Positions 27,901-61,941 of a stretch of 64,000 nucleotides of DNA are shown piece after piece. Position numbers and translations under genes: made by a program. Every line of letters begins with the position of its first letter. Within the stretch, counting starts at the first letter, position 1. The stretch is from Macrostomum lignano (Eukaryota). Below the pieces are notes generated by a model. That model was not told the DNA's origin. It ran no database searches and saw nothing but the letters and a program-made list of their open reading frames with translations. Location of the stretch: positions 10,180 to 74,179 of the forward strand of contig NIVC01000923.1 of NCBI GenBank assembly GCA_002269645.1. Reading direction: 5' to 3'.

Positions 27901-30299
27901 GAGATGGAGTGAGAGTGACTGAGATGGAGAGAGAGTGACTGAGATGGGTGAGAGTGACTGAGATGGAGTGAGAGTGACTGAGATGGAGTGAGAGAGTCAG
28001 TGGGTGAGAGTGACTGAGATGAAGTAAGAGTGACTGAGATGGAGTGAGAGTGACTGAGATGGAGTGAGAATGACTGAGATGGAGTGAGAGAGTCAGTGGG
28101 TGAGAGTGACTGAGATGGAGTGAGAGTGACTGAGATGGAGTGAGAGTGACTGAGATGGAGTGAGAGTGACTGAGATGGAGTGAGAGTGACTGAGATGGGT
28201 GAGAGTGACTGAGATGGGTGAGAGTGACTGAGATGGAGTGAGAGCGACTGAGATGGAGTGAGAGTGACTGAGATGGGTGAGAGTGACTGAGATGGGTGAG
28301 AGTGACTGAGATGGAGTGAGAGTGACTGAGATGGAGTGAGAGTGACTGAGATGGAGTGAGAGTGACTGAGATGGAGTGAGAGTGACTGAGATGGAGTGAG
28401 AGTGACTGAGAGGGAGTGAGAGTGACTGAGATGGGTGAGAGTGACTGAGATGAAGTAAGAGTGACTGAGATGGAGTGAGAGTGACTGAGATGGGTGAGAA
28501 TGACTGAGATGAAGTGAGAGTGACTGAGATGGAGTGAGAGTGAGAATGACTGAGATGGAGTGAGAGTGACTGAGATGGAGTGAGAGTGACTGAGATGAAT
28601 TAAGAGTGACTGAGATGGAGTGAGAGTGACTGAGATGGAGTGAGAGTGACTGAGATGAAGTAAGAGTGACTGAGATGGAGTGAGAGTGACTGAGATGGAG
28701 TGAGAGTGAGAATGACTGAGATGGAGTGAGAGAGATGGAGTTAGAGTGTCGGAGATAGTCTGAGTGGCTGAGATGGAGTGAGAGTGACTGAGATGGGTGA
28801 GAATGATTGAGATGAAGTGAGAGTGACTGAGGTGGGTGAGAGTGACTGAGATGAAGTAAGAGTGACTAAGATGAAGTGAGAGTGACTGAGATGGAGTGAG
28901 AGTGACTGAGATGAAGTGAGAGTGACTGAGATGGAGTGAGAGTGACTGAGATGGAGTGAGAGTGACTGAGATGGAGTGAGAGTGACTGAGATTGAGTTAG
29001 AGTGACTGAGATGGTGGAGTGAGAGTGACTGAGATGGTGGAGTGAGAGTGACTGAGATGAAGTAAGAGTGACTGAGATGGAGTGAGAATGACTGAGATGG
29101 AGTGAGAGAGATGGAGTTAGAGTGTCGGAGATAGTCTGAGTGACTGAGATTGAGTTAGAGTGACTGAGATGGTGGAGTGAGAGTGACTGAGATGGTGGAG
29201 TGAGAGTGACTAAGATGGTGGAGTGAGAGTGACTGAGATGAAGTAAGAGTGACTGAGATGGAGTGAGAATGACAGAGATGGAGTGAGAGAGATGGAGTTT
29301 GAGTGTCGGAGATAGTCTGAGTGACTGAGATTGAGTTAGAGTGACTGAGATGGTGGAGTGAGAGTGACTGAGATGGTGGAGTGAGAGTGACTGAGATGAA
29401 GTAAGAGTGACTGAGATGGAGTGAGAATGACTGAGATGGAGTGAGAGAGATGGAGTTAAAGTGTCGGAGATAGTCTGAGTGACTGAGATTGAGTTAGAGT
29501 GACTGAGATGGTGGAGTGAGAGTGACTGAGATGAAGTAAGAGTGACTGAGATGGAGTGAGAATGACTGAGATGGAGTGAGAGAGATGGAGTTAGAGTGTC
29601 GGAGATAGTCTGAGTGACTGAGATTGAGTTAGAGTGACTGAGATGGTGGAGTGAGAGTGACTGAGATGGTGGAGTGAGAGTGACTAAGATGGTGGAGTGA
29701 GAGTGACTGAGATGAAGTAAGAGTGACTGAGATGGAGTGAGAATGACAGAGATGGAGTGAGAGAGATGGAGTTTGAGTGTCGGAGATAGTCTGAGTGGCT
29801 GAGATGGAGTGAGAGTGACTAGGCTGGAGTGTTAATGTCTGGGAATTACTGATGACATCCCAGTAACCGACGTGAACGCCAGAGAAGCTAATAAACTATT
29901 CGCTGCAAACAATCTAACAGCCTCACGGCCGCGGCAGAAATTTGGAGCAAGCCGGAGTTTCGAGGCGACCAGAAGTTTCAGCAGCGTCGACGGAGGCGAC
30001 GACGTAGACGGAGGCGCTCGCAACAACTACAACAACAACAACAACAACAAAAACAACAACAACAACAACAGCAGCAGCAGCAACAACAACAACAACAGCA
30101 TCAGCAGCAGCAACCGCTGAAAAAGTCAAGCGAAAGCCAGTACCTGGTGCTGGAGCCGCATCAGGAGGAGGATCACGTAAGTCCCGACAGCGGAAATACC
30201 AGCAGCGAAGCAGTTTTACCAAGCAGGACTTACTACACCAGCATTCGACGCTTGAGAAGAGACCGACAAAAGTTCGAATTGTCAGCTGATCAGAGCTGA
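24990..30299 (+). CDS. Unknown protein with poly-Arg and poly-Gln tracts, about 236 aa; CDS join(24990..25321,29921..30299), possible alternative donor after 30176
   Basis: gccATG start 29 nt after an acceptor (tttgatttcttag); donor AG|GTAGGT (phase 2); acceptor ctaat...aatctaacag|C restores the frame: SLTAAAEIWSKPEFRGDQKFQQ-R11-S, 28 Gln in 31 residues, then PLKKSSESQYLVLEPHQEEDH. No family recognised. Confidence 0.62.
25355..29822. repeat. 4.5-kb 20-bp satellite (gagatggagtgagagtgact) with higher-order structure; forms almost all of the intron of the plus-strand gene
   Basis: More than 200 units; variant blocks recur (gagttaaagtgaatgag; gtgtcggagatagtctgag). Confidence 0.97.
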
Positions 30300-30599
30300 T
30301 TAGGCCGGTGAAAATCTTTATTTACTGAATTGTTTTCCAATGAAAAATCGGTCACGTTCATATCATCCAGATTATTAACGAAGGGCAGCGCGCATAGTTT
30401 TGAGTCTCTTGATGACTATATGCCCGAGTTATTTTCCGAAAATTATACCTTGGAACAGTGCGACCGAAATTTATTTTGATTTTTGCAACACTGCAGTTTC
30501 CAGTTGAATGCGCGTTGTGCTTTGTCTAAATGATTTATCAAATTGGAAAGAAATAGCTTTCCTTGAGTTACGATGCTATGCGATTTTGGGAGACTTCAA

Positions 30600-31400
30600 T
30601 TTTTTAGCGGTGACCTTGAACTGGTTAAAGTCGCTTTGGGTTAGAGATTTTCCATTTTCTATTGGTGACCTTGAAAACTGGTTAAAGTCGCTCTGAGTTG
30701 GGGATTTTCCATTTTCTATTGGTGACCTTGAAAACTGGTTAACGTCGCTATGATTTGGGGATTTTCCATTTTCTATCGGTGACCTTGAACTGGTTAAGGT
30801 CGCCATGAGTTGGGGATTTCCCATTTTCTATTGGTGACCTTAAAAACTGGTTAAAGTCGCTCTGAGTTGGGGATTTTCCATTTTCTATTGGTGACCTTGA
30901 AAACTGGTTAAAGTCACTCTGAGTTGGGGATTTCCCATTTCCTATTGGTGACCTTGAAAACTGGTTAAAGTCGCTCTGAGTTGGGGATTTTCCATTTTCT
31001 ATTGGTGACCTCGAAAACTGGTTAAAGTCGCTCTGAGTTTGGGATTTCCCATTTTCTATCGGTGACCTTGAAAACTGGTTAAAGTCGCTCTGAGTTGGGG
31101 ATTTCCCATTTTCTATCGGTGACCTTGAAAACTGGTTAAAGTCGCTCTGAGTTGGGGATTTTCCATTTTCTATTGGTGACCTTGAACTGGTAAGGGTCGC
31201 TCTGAGTTGGGGATTTTCCATTTTCTATTGGTGACCTTGAACTGGTTAAAATTGCTCTGAGTGGAGTTTTTCCATTCGGGTGACCTTGAAGTGGTTTGAA
31301 GGTAATTTGAATTGGGGATTTTTCATGTGCTAAGCGGTGAAGTTGAAGTTGGTTAAAGCCACTTTGAGTGGGGTACCAGTTGAAGCTACAGTAAAAAGAT
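30600..31400. repeat. 57-bp minisatellite (ttttctattggtgaccttgaaaactggttaaagtcgctctgagttggggatttccca)
   Basis: About 12 units plus decayed flanks; 55-bp variants present. Confidence 0.93.
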
Positions 31401-32302
31401 TCGCACAATTCATTTTGGGAACATTGAACTGTACCTATTTAACCAAACGCACAAGAAACGTCTCGACTAGAATCAATAATTAATATGATGAACATCCAAT
31501 CGTGTATTTCAACTGCTTACTGCTCAATTGGGCTTGCAGTACATTGTAAATCAAAGCGGCATATAACCCAAAACGTCTAGAAGAGCTTGCATGTTACAAA
31601 GGAAACTGTGACAGGCATAATGCATTTCATAAAATAATTTTGAAAGCAATCAGTGTAATGCAAATATCGGGATTGAATCATAAACAAAATGATAAACAAA
31701 ATAAGTTCTTTTATTAAAAATGGCAGTGGCATTAGCTAGACTTTAAAAATTAATGGGCTGTAGAAAAAATTAACAAAATAACTAGAATTTACAAGAAAAT
31801 TTGAAACTATGAAATCGTATTTTAAATCTGAAAATAAAAGAATGAGAATCTTAAGATAGTTTAATAAACAGTGGAACTGAAATAGTCATTTTTAACAAAG
31901 CAATTGTTTTATTTAAAGTGCAAGAAGTCCTTTATAAAGCTAATAGCTAAACAGACTCTTACTAGTGAAAAGTATAGAAATCAGAACTCTCTGCGACAAC
32001 TTCTTTCAAGTTTTATGGGTAGGATAGCTTTTCGAAAATTACAAACAATTCAATGCGGGGATGACAGACTATTGATTAATGAGTAGTAGTACGTAGTGTT
32101 ACTTATTTTGTTTTTTACTTGTTTAAATTGAAAACTCACTATTTATCAGTGGGCGTTAGAAATCAAGGACAGACGTTCAATTGTAGAACTGTAAACTATT
32201 TAATGACTTCAACAAAGCGATACAGGACTATGTGGAACCCAACTGATTAAACACGGTGGAAAAAGTGTTAGAAAGCAATATGCGAAAAGTTTCCAAGATT
32301 AG

Positions 32303-35052
32303 TTAGCTGTCATCGGAGGTGGCAATTACCAGGGGCGCATCTTCGCCTTCATCATCGGCACTACTGCGATCTTGCACGCTGCCAAAGTCTTTTTGGGACT
32401 CGACTTTTGCACTCACATTGGACATTGATGATGATGACTCGTTGATAGTTCTTATGCAAGATTCTGCCGATACACGAGCATCGACTACATCATGTCCCGG
32501 TTCGATTTTGACCACCGCAGACACTTTCTGATTGATATTAGCCGTAATTTTCTCCGATAATACGCTACCATTCGAGGCTGGATCGTCAGTGCCGTTCGTG
32601 TTGACAAGCACTGCAGAATGAACTGTTACGGTTTCACTAACAGTACAATTCTCCATAGTTGCATCTGCATGTGATTCAGCGCAAGCTGCATTTGTGGAGA
32701 CAGCGTTGTCAGAGGACAATTCACCGTCACGATTAACAACCTCATCCAGCGATTCTATCTTGACAATAGTCTGTTGACCATGGCTGAATGAGGCTTCACA
32801 GTCAACTGCAGCTGAATCCAGCAGTACGGAATGATTTACAGTGCCATTCGGTGCTGCATAATTTGCGGCAGCGCTCTCAAACTTTGCTTTATCGTCGTTT
32901 TTCAGCTCAGAATGATCGGCTGCATCAATTTGAGACTCATTCTTGCCAGAGATCGGCTGCGAAAATTCACAAGCCAAATGAGAGTTTGCAGGGAGAAACA
33001 CTTTAGTTGCATCCGGATCTGTTTGTTTGTCATTTGTAGGACTGACAGGGGCTGTTGTTTGACTTGGAATAGCAGCCGGTACAACATTAGCAGTAGTCAC
33101 TGACTTCACTTCAACAACTTCTTTCTTTAAAGCCGAATGGACGGTCTCTAATACTCTAATAGCACCAACTGATGTAGCAATGGACATCGGTGCATTTTGC
33201 ATCTGGAAATCGACAGCGTCCAGTATCTTGAGCTCCACAACGGTTGTTGGCGGCGCAACCACTGGGACGCTGGCTGAAGCTGCTGGGGCTGCGGCAGCGG
33301 CTGCTGCTGCGGCGGCAGCGCTCGACAGTCTCCTCTCGGCGAGCTTGCTCTTCAGACGTTCGAGCACTTCCGGATTCGGCATGGAGTGACTACATCCGCC
33401 GGAAACGGAACCATTGCCGACCCCGTTGTGGGACGCTCGTCTGTCCTCGTCAGCTGCCGACTGTCCATCACCAGACGGTCCGGCCAGCGAGGTCGAAGAT
33501 GCTGTCGATGAAGCCAAAGAAACTGACGAATCGCAACCGTCAGTAGCTGTTGGATGATCCGTCGTTAATCCCTGGCGGTCGCCTTCGACACCGCCGTTGA
33601 CTCCGTGGCTTGTTGATGCCGCGGTTAAAGTCTCCGACGACATTGTTGTAGCTGTTGCAGCTGCGGCCGCCACCCGCTGACAATTGTGATAATCCTCGAT
33701 GGCTTTTGGCGAGAATTTGTAGATTTTCTTCTGGCGAAATCCGTGCGGCTCGAAGTATCGCCCGATGTCGCGCGAGTGCCTGCAAAAAACCGGAATTGGT
33801 AAAAGAATAAAAAATTGATGCTCTCTTAAGCTATTTTTATAGTTTTTTTTCACAACTTTTCTGTAAATTTGGCGCATTGTTTCCTTTCTGTCAATTGTCG
33901 AATAAGAACAGTGCCTACCGAATGCCTCGAGCGAAGCACTCGTAATTATCCGTCTTGTTCCCCTTGATATGCTTCCACAGTTTGGCAATGGCCGACGGCG
34001 TAACAACTTTAAATAGGCGATTGTATTTGTCAACCCATTCGATGTTGGCTCGGCAGCGACTGTTGTCCAACAGTTTCAGTAGAAACAGGTGAATCATCGG
34101 TTTCTGACCTGCGAATGCGATGGTGTGTGTGAATGTGTGTGTACGGCACTCTCGCACATCTTCTGACTCTCGCGCCGCGGCCCCTGCTAGTTGATTTCGC
34201 GCGCGGTCACCACATTCGTTTGGGGCTCGTGTGCATTGAAATTTGGCGCAAACCCCCCCCCCCAGGGCACAGAGAGAGTACCTGCCTGACTAGTAGAAAG
34301 TCAAAGGGTCGCTGTACACCCTGCGTGAGCGAGTGTGTGAGTGCGTTAATGCGTACAGTATTGGGGCGCTTGCATGTGCTCAGGAGTCTGCGGAATGGAC
34401 AGAATTGTCGTCAGCACTGCTTGTGGGACGATGTCTCGCACTAGGGTGCCCACAACGGTCTTGAATTGATTGTTGTTATTAATTTTAAGATGAGATATTA
34501 GCAAGTTTTTAGAGATGTAGGGAGGAGTAGAATGTGCATCCCCACAACCTACAGCCCACAGTTCACTGGTCCCTCACCGTGCCAACAGAACAGTTCAGGT
34601 GCCAGACGTTGAAACTGTCGAATCTCTTGCTGCTGCTCAGCCGGCTCCAATGTCGCGCTGGCGCCAGCCGAAGCGCCATCCAGCCCGCGTTTGCGCCGCT
34701 TGTTGGCAGGCGGAGACCCGGCAGCTTCGCCGGTAGCAGATGGCTGCTGTTGCTGCGTCGGGTTATGCGACACGTTTGATCCGTTTCCAGCTGTACTGGT
34801 GGACAATCTTGATGAGTCAGCGGACTGATCTAGCAATTGACGTCGCTTCAACTGTTGCTGCAGCTGTTGCTGCTGTTGTTGCAAGTGCAGATTCTGCTGT
34901 GGAAATGGTGCAAACTGATAGTGCGGCGGTTGAAACTGCGGCGACGCCTGCAGGCTACCAGCTGGAGCGCCGGAGCGATGCAGAACGGCCAATTGACAGA
35001 AACTCGGCAGGGTTGGCGGCGGATGGTGAGATGTTGGGGGATGTGTCGACAA

Positions 35053-35086
<34 letters not shown>

Positions 35087-35249
35087 GCCAGGCAACCAAA
35101 CCGGACCAGCTGTCCAGGCTGTGGCGACTGCTGCGACTGCAAACTGTAATCCAACTGAGGCGGCGGGTAAGCAAACTTATAAACGCTGCTACTTCCAGCT
35201 GAAGCTGGCATTGCGGCTGCTGTGTAGGGTTGAAGCGCAGTTGACTGTT

Positions 35250-35280
<31 letters not shown>

Positions 35281-35713
35281 CGGCGGCGGCGGCGGCTGTG
35301 GAAACATCGGAGGAAGCTGCGGAGGCGGCGGGAAGCTTATGGATCGAAGCAGGTCAGGCCTGAGGCCATTTGTCGGCGGCGCAATCGGAGACGGCGAAGC
35401 CTTTGACGACATCAAAGTTGACGTCGTTGGCAATGATGACGACGACGACGCAATAGTCTGCTGCATCGGCAGAAGGTGCGGCGCTGTGAATGGCGAAATC
35501 TTATTACCTTGAGTTGCCGCGGCTGCCGCGGCTGCTGCTGCTGCTGCCGCTGCTGCCGCTGCCGCCGCAGCAGCAGCCTGCAGATGCTGGTGATGCTGGT
35601 GCGGCTGTTGAGAAGAATGAGGAAGAGAAGGAGCACCAGCAGGAGGAGGCAGCAGACTCAGCTGCTGAGGCGGAGGGTACATGTAGTTACACCCTGTCGG
35701 ACGAAACACCTGA

Positions 35714-35751
<38 letters not shown>

Positions 35752-36228
35752 TTGTTGTTGTTGCTGCTGCTGCTGCGGAAGATGGTGCGACTGATGCGCC
35801 GATATCAGCAGCTGCTGCACAACTTCTCGCTGCGATCGGGCCAAATTGAAACTGTCAACCAAACCGTTGAATGCGGCCGGCTCCAGCGCTGCCGATGCTG
35901 TGGGCTGCTGCTCAGGTGAAGATCGACTTGTATCTTCAGTATTTTCTTCGCAACCGTCTTCGCTCACATCTGTAGTTTCACTGTCTGCTTGTGGTTGTTG
36001 AGCAGCAGGATTTGAGGATTCCGGCAGCTGCTGTAACGGCGGAGACAGATTCTCAACGTCCACCTCGCTGTCGCTGCTGACTCGCTCGATTTCAACTTCG
36101 ACAGTGGCGCCCAGAGACAACTGGTGTCCCTCCTCGTGTTCGGCGCTGCTGAATAGCTGGTCGGCTTGAGAAGCGATGAAACTCGTGCAGTTCTCGGGTG
36201 TTCCAGGCGGCGTGGCGCATCGCGACAT
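32303..36228 (-). CDS. ETS-domain transcription factor (divergent), 1105 aa, poly-Q/poly-A rich; CDS complement(join(32303..33779,33919..34108,34578..36228))
   Basis: Spliced ETS domain: MIHLFLLKLLDN..RANIEWVDKYNRLFKVVTPSAIAKLWKHIKGNKTDNYECFARGIRHSRDIGRYFEPHGFRQKKIYKF. GT-AG introns of phase 1 and 2; total 3318 nt = 1106 codons. The start may extend to an upstream exon via the acceptor at 36254. Confidence 0.88.
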
Positions 36229-36792
36229 TGGCTGGTCGCTCACGTCCGACAGGCTGATGGTGCGAATAAGAAAATTAAACACATGTAATTTTTAAGCAGC
36301 TTCTCTGAACCCCAAATCTATGACAGGCTTGATTTATTGAGATGAAGGCATCCACATGTTCACAGACTTTCTAATTTTCAGACATGCACACTGTCTGTGC
36401 CTCGGGGGCTGGGCCTCGTGAAGATAATTAACTGCCCAAGGATAACCAACGTCTATGGCAAAAAGTCTATGCGTACACTAGTTTTTTAAATCCTGGATTG
36501 GCACTTCATTTCGCTTCGGTCAATTCGCCATAAAAAGAACGCTCTGTTCGAATTTTGGCGGTCTGGCAAGAAGTTTGTATCAATGGTCAGGGAAAGGCAA
36601 GTGACAATAACAATTGTTATAGCATAGAACTTGTGGGTTAGAAAGTGGCAGCTCTAGGCGGTGGTGTGAATTGCGCCATTTAGAGATATGAGAAAAGTTG
36701 ATCACTGCATGGGTTCGAGGTAGAAACTTGAACATGTTGCCGAGTGTACATGTGGCATGTAACCTGATAAATGTGGCTGAATGTGCATGTAA

Positions 36793-37066
36793 TGGTTGTA
36801 GCCTAGTGGCTAGAGCGTCAGACTCATGTCATGACTGAAAGGTCGGGGGTTCGTGTCCTTGAGCAAGACACTTAACTCTGGATTGCTTCAGTTCACCCAG
36901 CTGTAAAATGGGTGCCAGCATTAGCATTAGTCGATCCGCCAGTCCTTGGACTGAACAGCCGAACGCAGCCTTCAGATGCGCTGCGCAATAGCTGCGGCTG
37001 AGCTGTCGGTTGCACATCTGCCCATTTGGGCGGGTGTATTACTATTATTATTATTATACTATAAAC
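36793..37066 (+). mobile_element. tRNA-derived CORE-like SINE, copy 2, with (ATT)n tail
   Basis: Head tagcctagtggctagagcgtcagactcatg...gaaaggtcgggggttcg (tRNA-Met-like), core tgtccttgagcaagacacttaac...ttcagt...ctgtaaaatggg, tail attactattattattattat. Confidence 0.8.
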
Positions 37067-37613
37067 TTGATAAAGGAAGGCAAATGGCTTAGAGACGTAC
37101 GCGTCAGTTGGGCGATTGTCAGTATCGCTGGCATCGGGTCGATGATTGAGAAGTTCCTGGCGCTGCTGGTGGAAATCTTCCTCGGTGTCCGGACTTTCAG
37201 TGGTCGCAGATGCCATACGCAGTGCCAGAGTTGCATAAAACTCTATCGATTGCGCTCTAGCTATAAGTCGAGTCAGGACGTCCCGTTCAATAATTAGGAG
37301 GGTTGGGGCAAGTAAGCAGACGATTGATTGAGTTAGAGCTTCTAGTTGCCAGACTTGTCTATGGCCAGACTAGCAGCTCTCTCAATCGGCATCTCCATTA
37401 ACTCTAATTTAATACTTGATAGGTCACCCACCTCAGCATGTCAAAGGCAGCAATCTATCAGGCAGGCTCTGTGTAGCGCTGTAATTGTGTTATAAATATA
37501 ACTTCAATGCGGCATTTGCCAAGCGTGTGCGTGTATTGTAAAGTCGAATGCAAATATATAGTTAAGCTTTAAAAGCAGTAAGTTCAGCAATTAGAAAAGC
37601 GAAGAAAGAACAG

Positions 37614-37796
<183 letters not shown>

Positions 37797-38351
37797 ACAG
37801 AGCTCCCTATGTACACTGCAGCTTTCGAGACTCGCATATCTAATGCAAAGACCTTGAGAGGCAGAGCTGGTGTAACACCGCAACTGTATCAAGGCTTGTA
37901 TAAATGATTGTCAAAGGCGCACTTACACTTGGCTGTGTACGCAACAAGCTGCAAATGTATATACAAATATTCTACATGGTTTAGTGTTCTATTTGGGGAA
38001 TGCTGAATGTTGGAGAGGGCATTTATGTTCAGCCGCGATCTTCACTTTCATTGCTGCTAACCATGCAGTGCTACATGAAATAAAGTTCGTTCTATTTTAA
38101 ATGCGGATTTATAAGCACACTTGTGTGGTCTTTGCATATTTAGCTAAGGATATTTAGTTAAGGACTAAGTTTTCATAACCTCGCATAAATAAAGCCATTT
38201 GAATTCTACACTGCATCTGTCAAATAAAATAAGCGACAATTGATTGTTAAATATAAAATTTCTATTTCACTATGGTTTCACATTCTATAATGGTCACATT
38301 CAGAAAGTTAACTCTGGCCTGATGCACTTTTAAACAAATTTATCTGCCTTT

Positions 38352-38937
38352 GCTTCACTGTGTGTCACTGTGTGTCACTGTGCAGCCATTCTTCACTGTG
38401 TGTCACTGTGCAGCCATGCTTCACTGTGTGTCACTGTGCAGCCATTCTTTACTGTGTGTCACTGTGCAGCCATGCTTCACTGTGTGTCACTGTGCAGCCA
38501 TGCTTCACTATGTGTGTCACTGTGCAGCCATGCTTCACTGTGTGTCACTGTGCAGCCATGCTTCACTATGTGTGTCACTGTGCAGCCATGCTTCACTGTG
38601 TGTCACTGTGCAGCCATGCTTCACTGTGTGTCACTGTGCAGCCATGCTTCACTGTGTGTCACTGTGCAGCCATGCTTCACTGTGTGTCACTGTGCAGCCA
38701 TGCTTCACTGTGTGTCACTGTGCAGCCATGCTTCACTGTGTGTCACTGTGCAGCCATGCTTCACTGTGTGTCACTGTGCAGCCATGCTTCACTGTGTGTC
38801 ACTGTGCAGCCATTCTTCACTGTGTGTCACTGTGCAGCCATGCTTCACTGTGTGTCACTGTGCAGCCATGCTTCACTGTGTGTCACTGTGCAGCCATGCT
38901 TCACTGTGTGTCACTGTGTGTCACTGTGCAGCCATGC
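38352..38937. repeat. 28-bp minisatellite (cttcactgtgtgtcactgtgcagccatg), inverted partner of 41512-42411
   Basis: About 21 units; reverse complement of the PKG intron 11 array, including the shared cattc variant. Confidence 0.96.
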
Positions 38938-39359
38938 CTCTCTCTGTCGCCAGCCATGCTGTCACCGAGAGTTGATTCTCACTCGAGGACTCGAAATTGA
39001 TTGTTGAATCAAGTCAATTGCAAAAGTAAACTTTGGAAATTGGAAACGCAATGAACAGTATTCATTTAGTTGGCCCCAAGTAGAATGAACTGATTAAAAT
39101 AAGTGCAGTGCGGGAGGCCAGTCAATTTATCCAGGTGTGACAATCACTTTCTGGTGTTAGCACAAGCACAGAACAGAATCAGCACAGAACATTAACAAAA
39201 AGATGTCTGCGACAATTTATTTAATTTGAAAACAAAGAGGCAATTAAATTATTCGACTAACGGTTGGTTTTCTAATACGAATAAGTTTGAAAAATTGACA
39301 AGACATCACAATGGATTATACTCGTATTGCTCAATTAGGCTGAAGGTACTTTGGAGCAA

Positions 39360-39387
39360 AGACAGACAGACAGGCTGACAGACAGGC

Positions 39388-39480
<93 letters not shown>

Positions 39481-39613
39481 CAGACAGACAGACAGGCTTA
39501 CAGACAGACAGGCAGACAGACAGACAGACAGACAGACAGGCTGACAGACAGACAGACAGACAGGCAGGCAGACAGGCAGGCAGACAGACAGACAGGCAGA
39601 CAGACAGACAGAC

Positions 39614-39678
<65 letters not shown>

Positions 39679-39685
39679 GGCAGAC

Positions 39686-39746
<61 letters not shown>
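39360..39746. repeat. (GACA)n microsatellite
   Basis: Direct reading, with ggca interruptions. Confidence 0.97.
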
Positions 39747-39747
<1 letters not shown>

Positions 39748-40434
39748 CCCGAATAAAATCGAATAAAACAACCCCCAAAACAAATCAAACTGATGTTTGG
39801 AAGCATGTACCCGCGTCATATTACTTGTGACAGTAAAAATATACGAATTACGAGTAGGTTAGAAGTAAATTCGAAATAAAACTATCGAGAGCAGAGGAGA
39901 ATAAAACTCGAATAATCAATAGTCAACAGTTACGATTTGGGCGCAGGGTTATTAAGCAAAATCGAAGCACTACATGTAGGGTACCAGTGAAAGAAGAGAA
40001 GTTCGCTGAAAATAATTATAATAAGATTTCTATCTGGTAGTTGATAAAGCGTTGAATATTATTTTTACAAACAGAAGACAGAAATACACAGATCAAGCGG
40101 TTGACAAGCGAAATTCTAGAAAAAAAATTGCTGTGGTAGAATCAAATTTATACAGCAATAATTTTGTTTATTTTAAGTACATCTATTTTTTCTACAAATT
40201 TGAATTTGCGCCAAAAAAACAATAATTTCTCGATTTTAAACAAACAGTAAGATTTCTAGGAAAGCAGTAACTCGGAAAATTTCATATTTCAAACATTGCT
40301 AGCCTATGTGAACAGGGCGACAATTCAAGTGCGCAAATAAGTTTTTATCATGTAAGTCCTTGTGTCAGACAATCAATAAAAACTCGTAAGTCTTTGTTGG
40401 CACCTGCAGCAACAGTGAAAGCCGGATAGGCCAG

Positions 40435-61941
<21,507 letters not shown>

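Noticed and set aside
29872-30120. 82-aa poly-Asn ORF from the track
   Set aside because: It uses a non-ATG start; the splice-compatible frame is the Arg/Gln one.
32303-34033. 576-aa ORF as a stand-alone gene
   Set aside because: Its first about 85 codons run out of frame through ETS exon 2 and the 139-bp intron; the real part is ETS exon 3 from 33779.
33915-34157. ORF track lists the ETS exon (and 39335..39778) as plus strand
   Set aside because: The listed peptides are encoded by the reverse complement (ctaccgaatgcc reads GGC ATT CGG TAG on minus); I used the minus strand.
34740-35919. Plus-strand poly-Ala/poly-Leu ORFs opposite the ETS exon
   Set aside because: Antisense shadows of CAG/GCN repeats.
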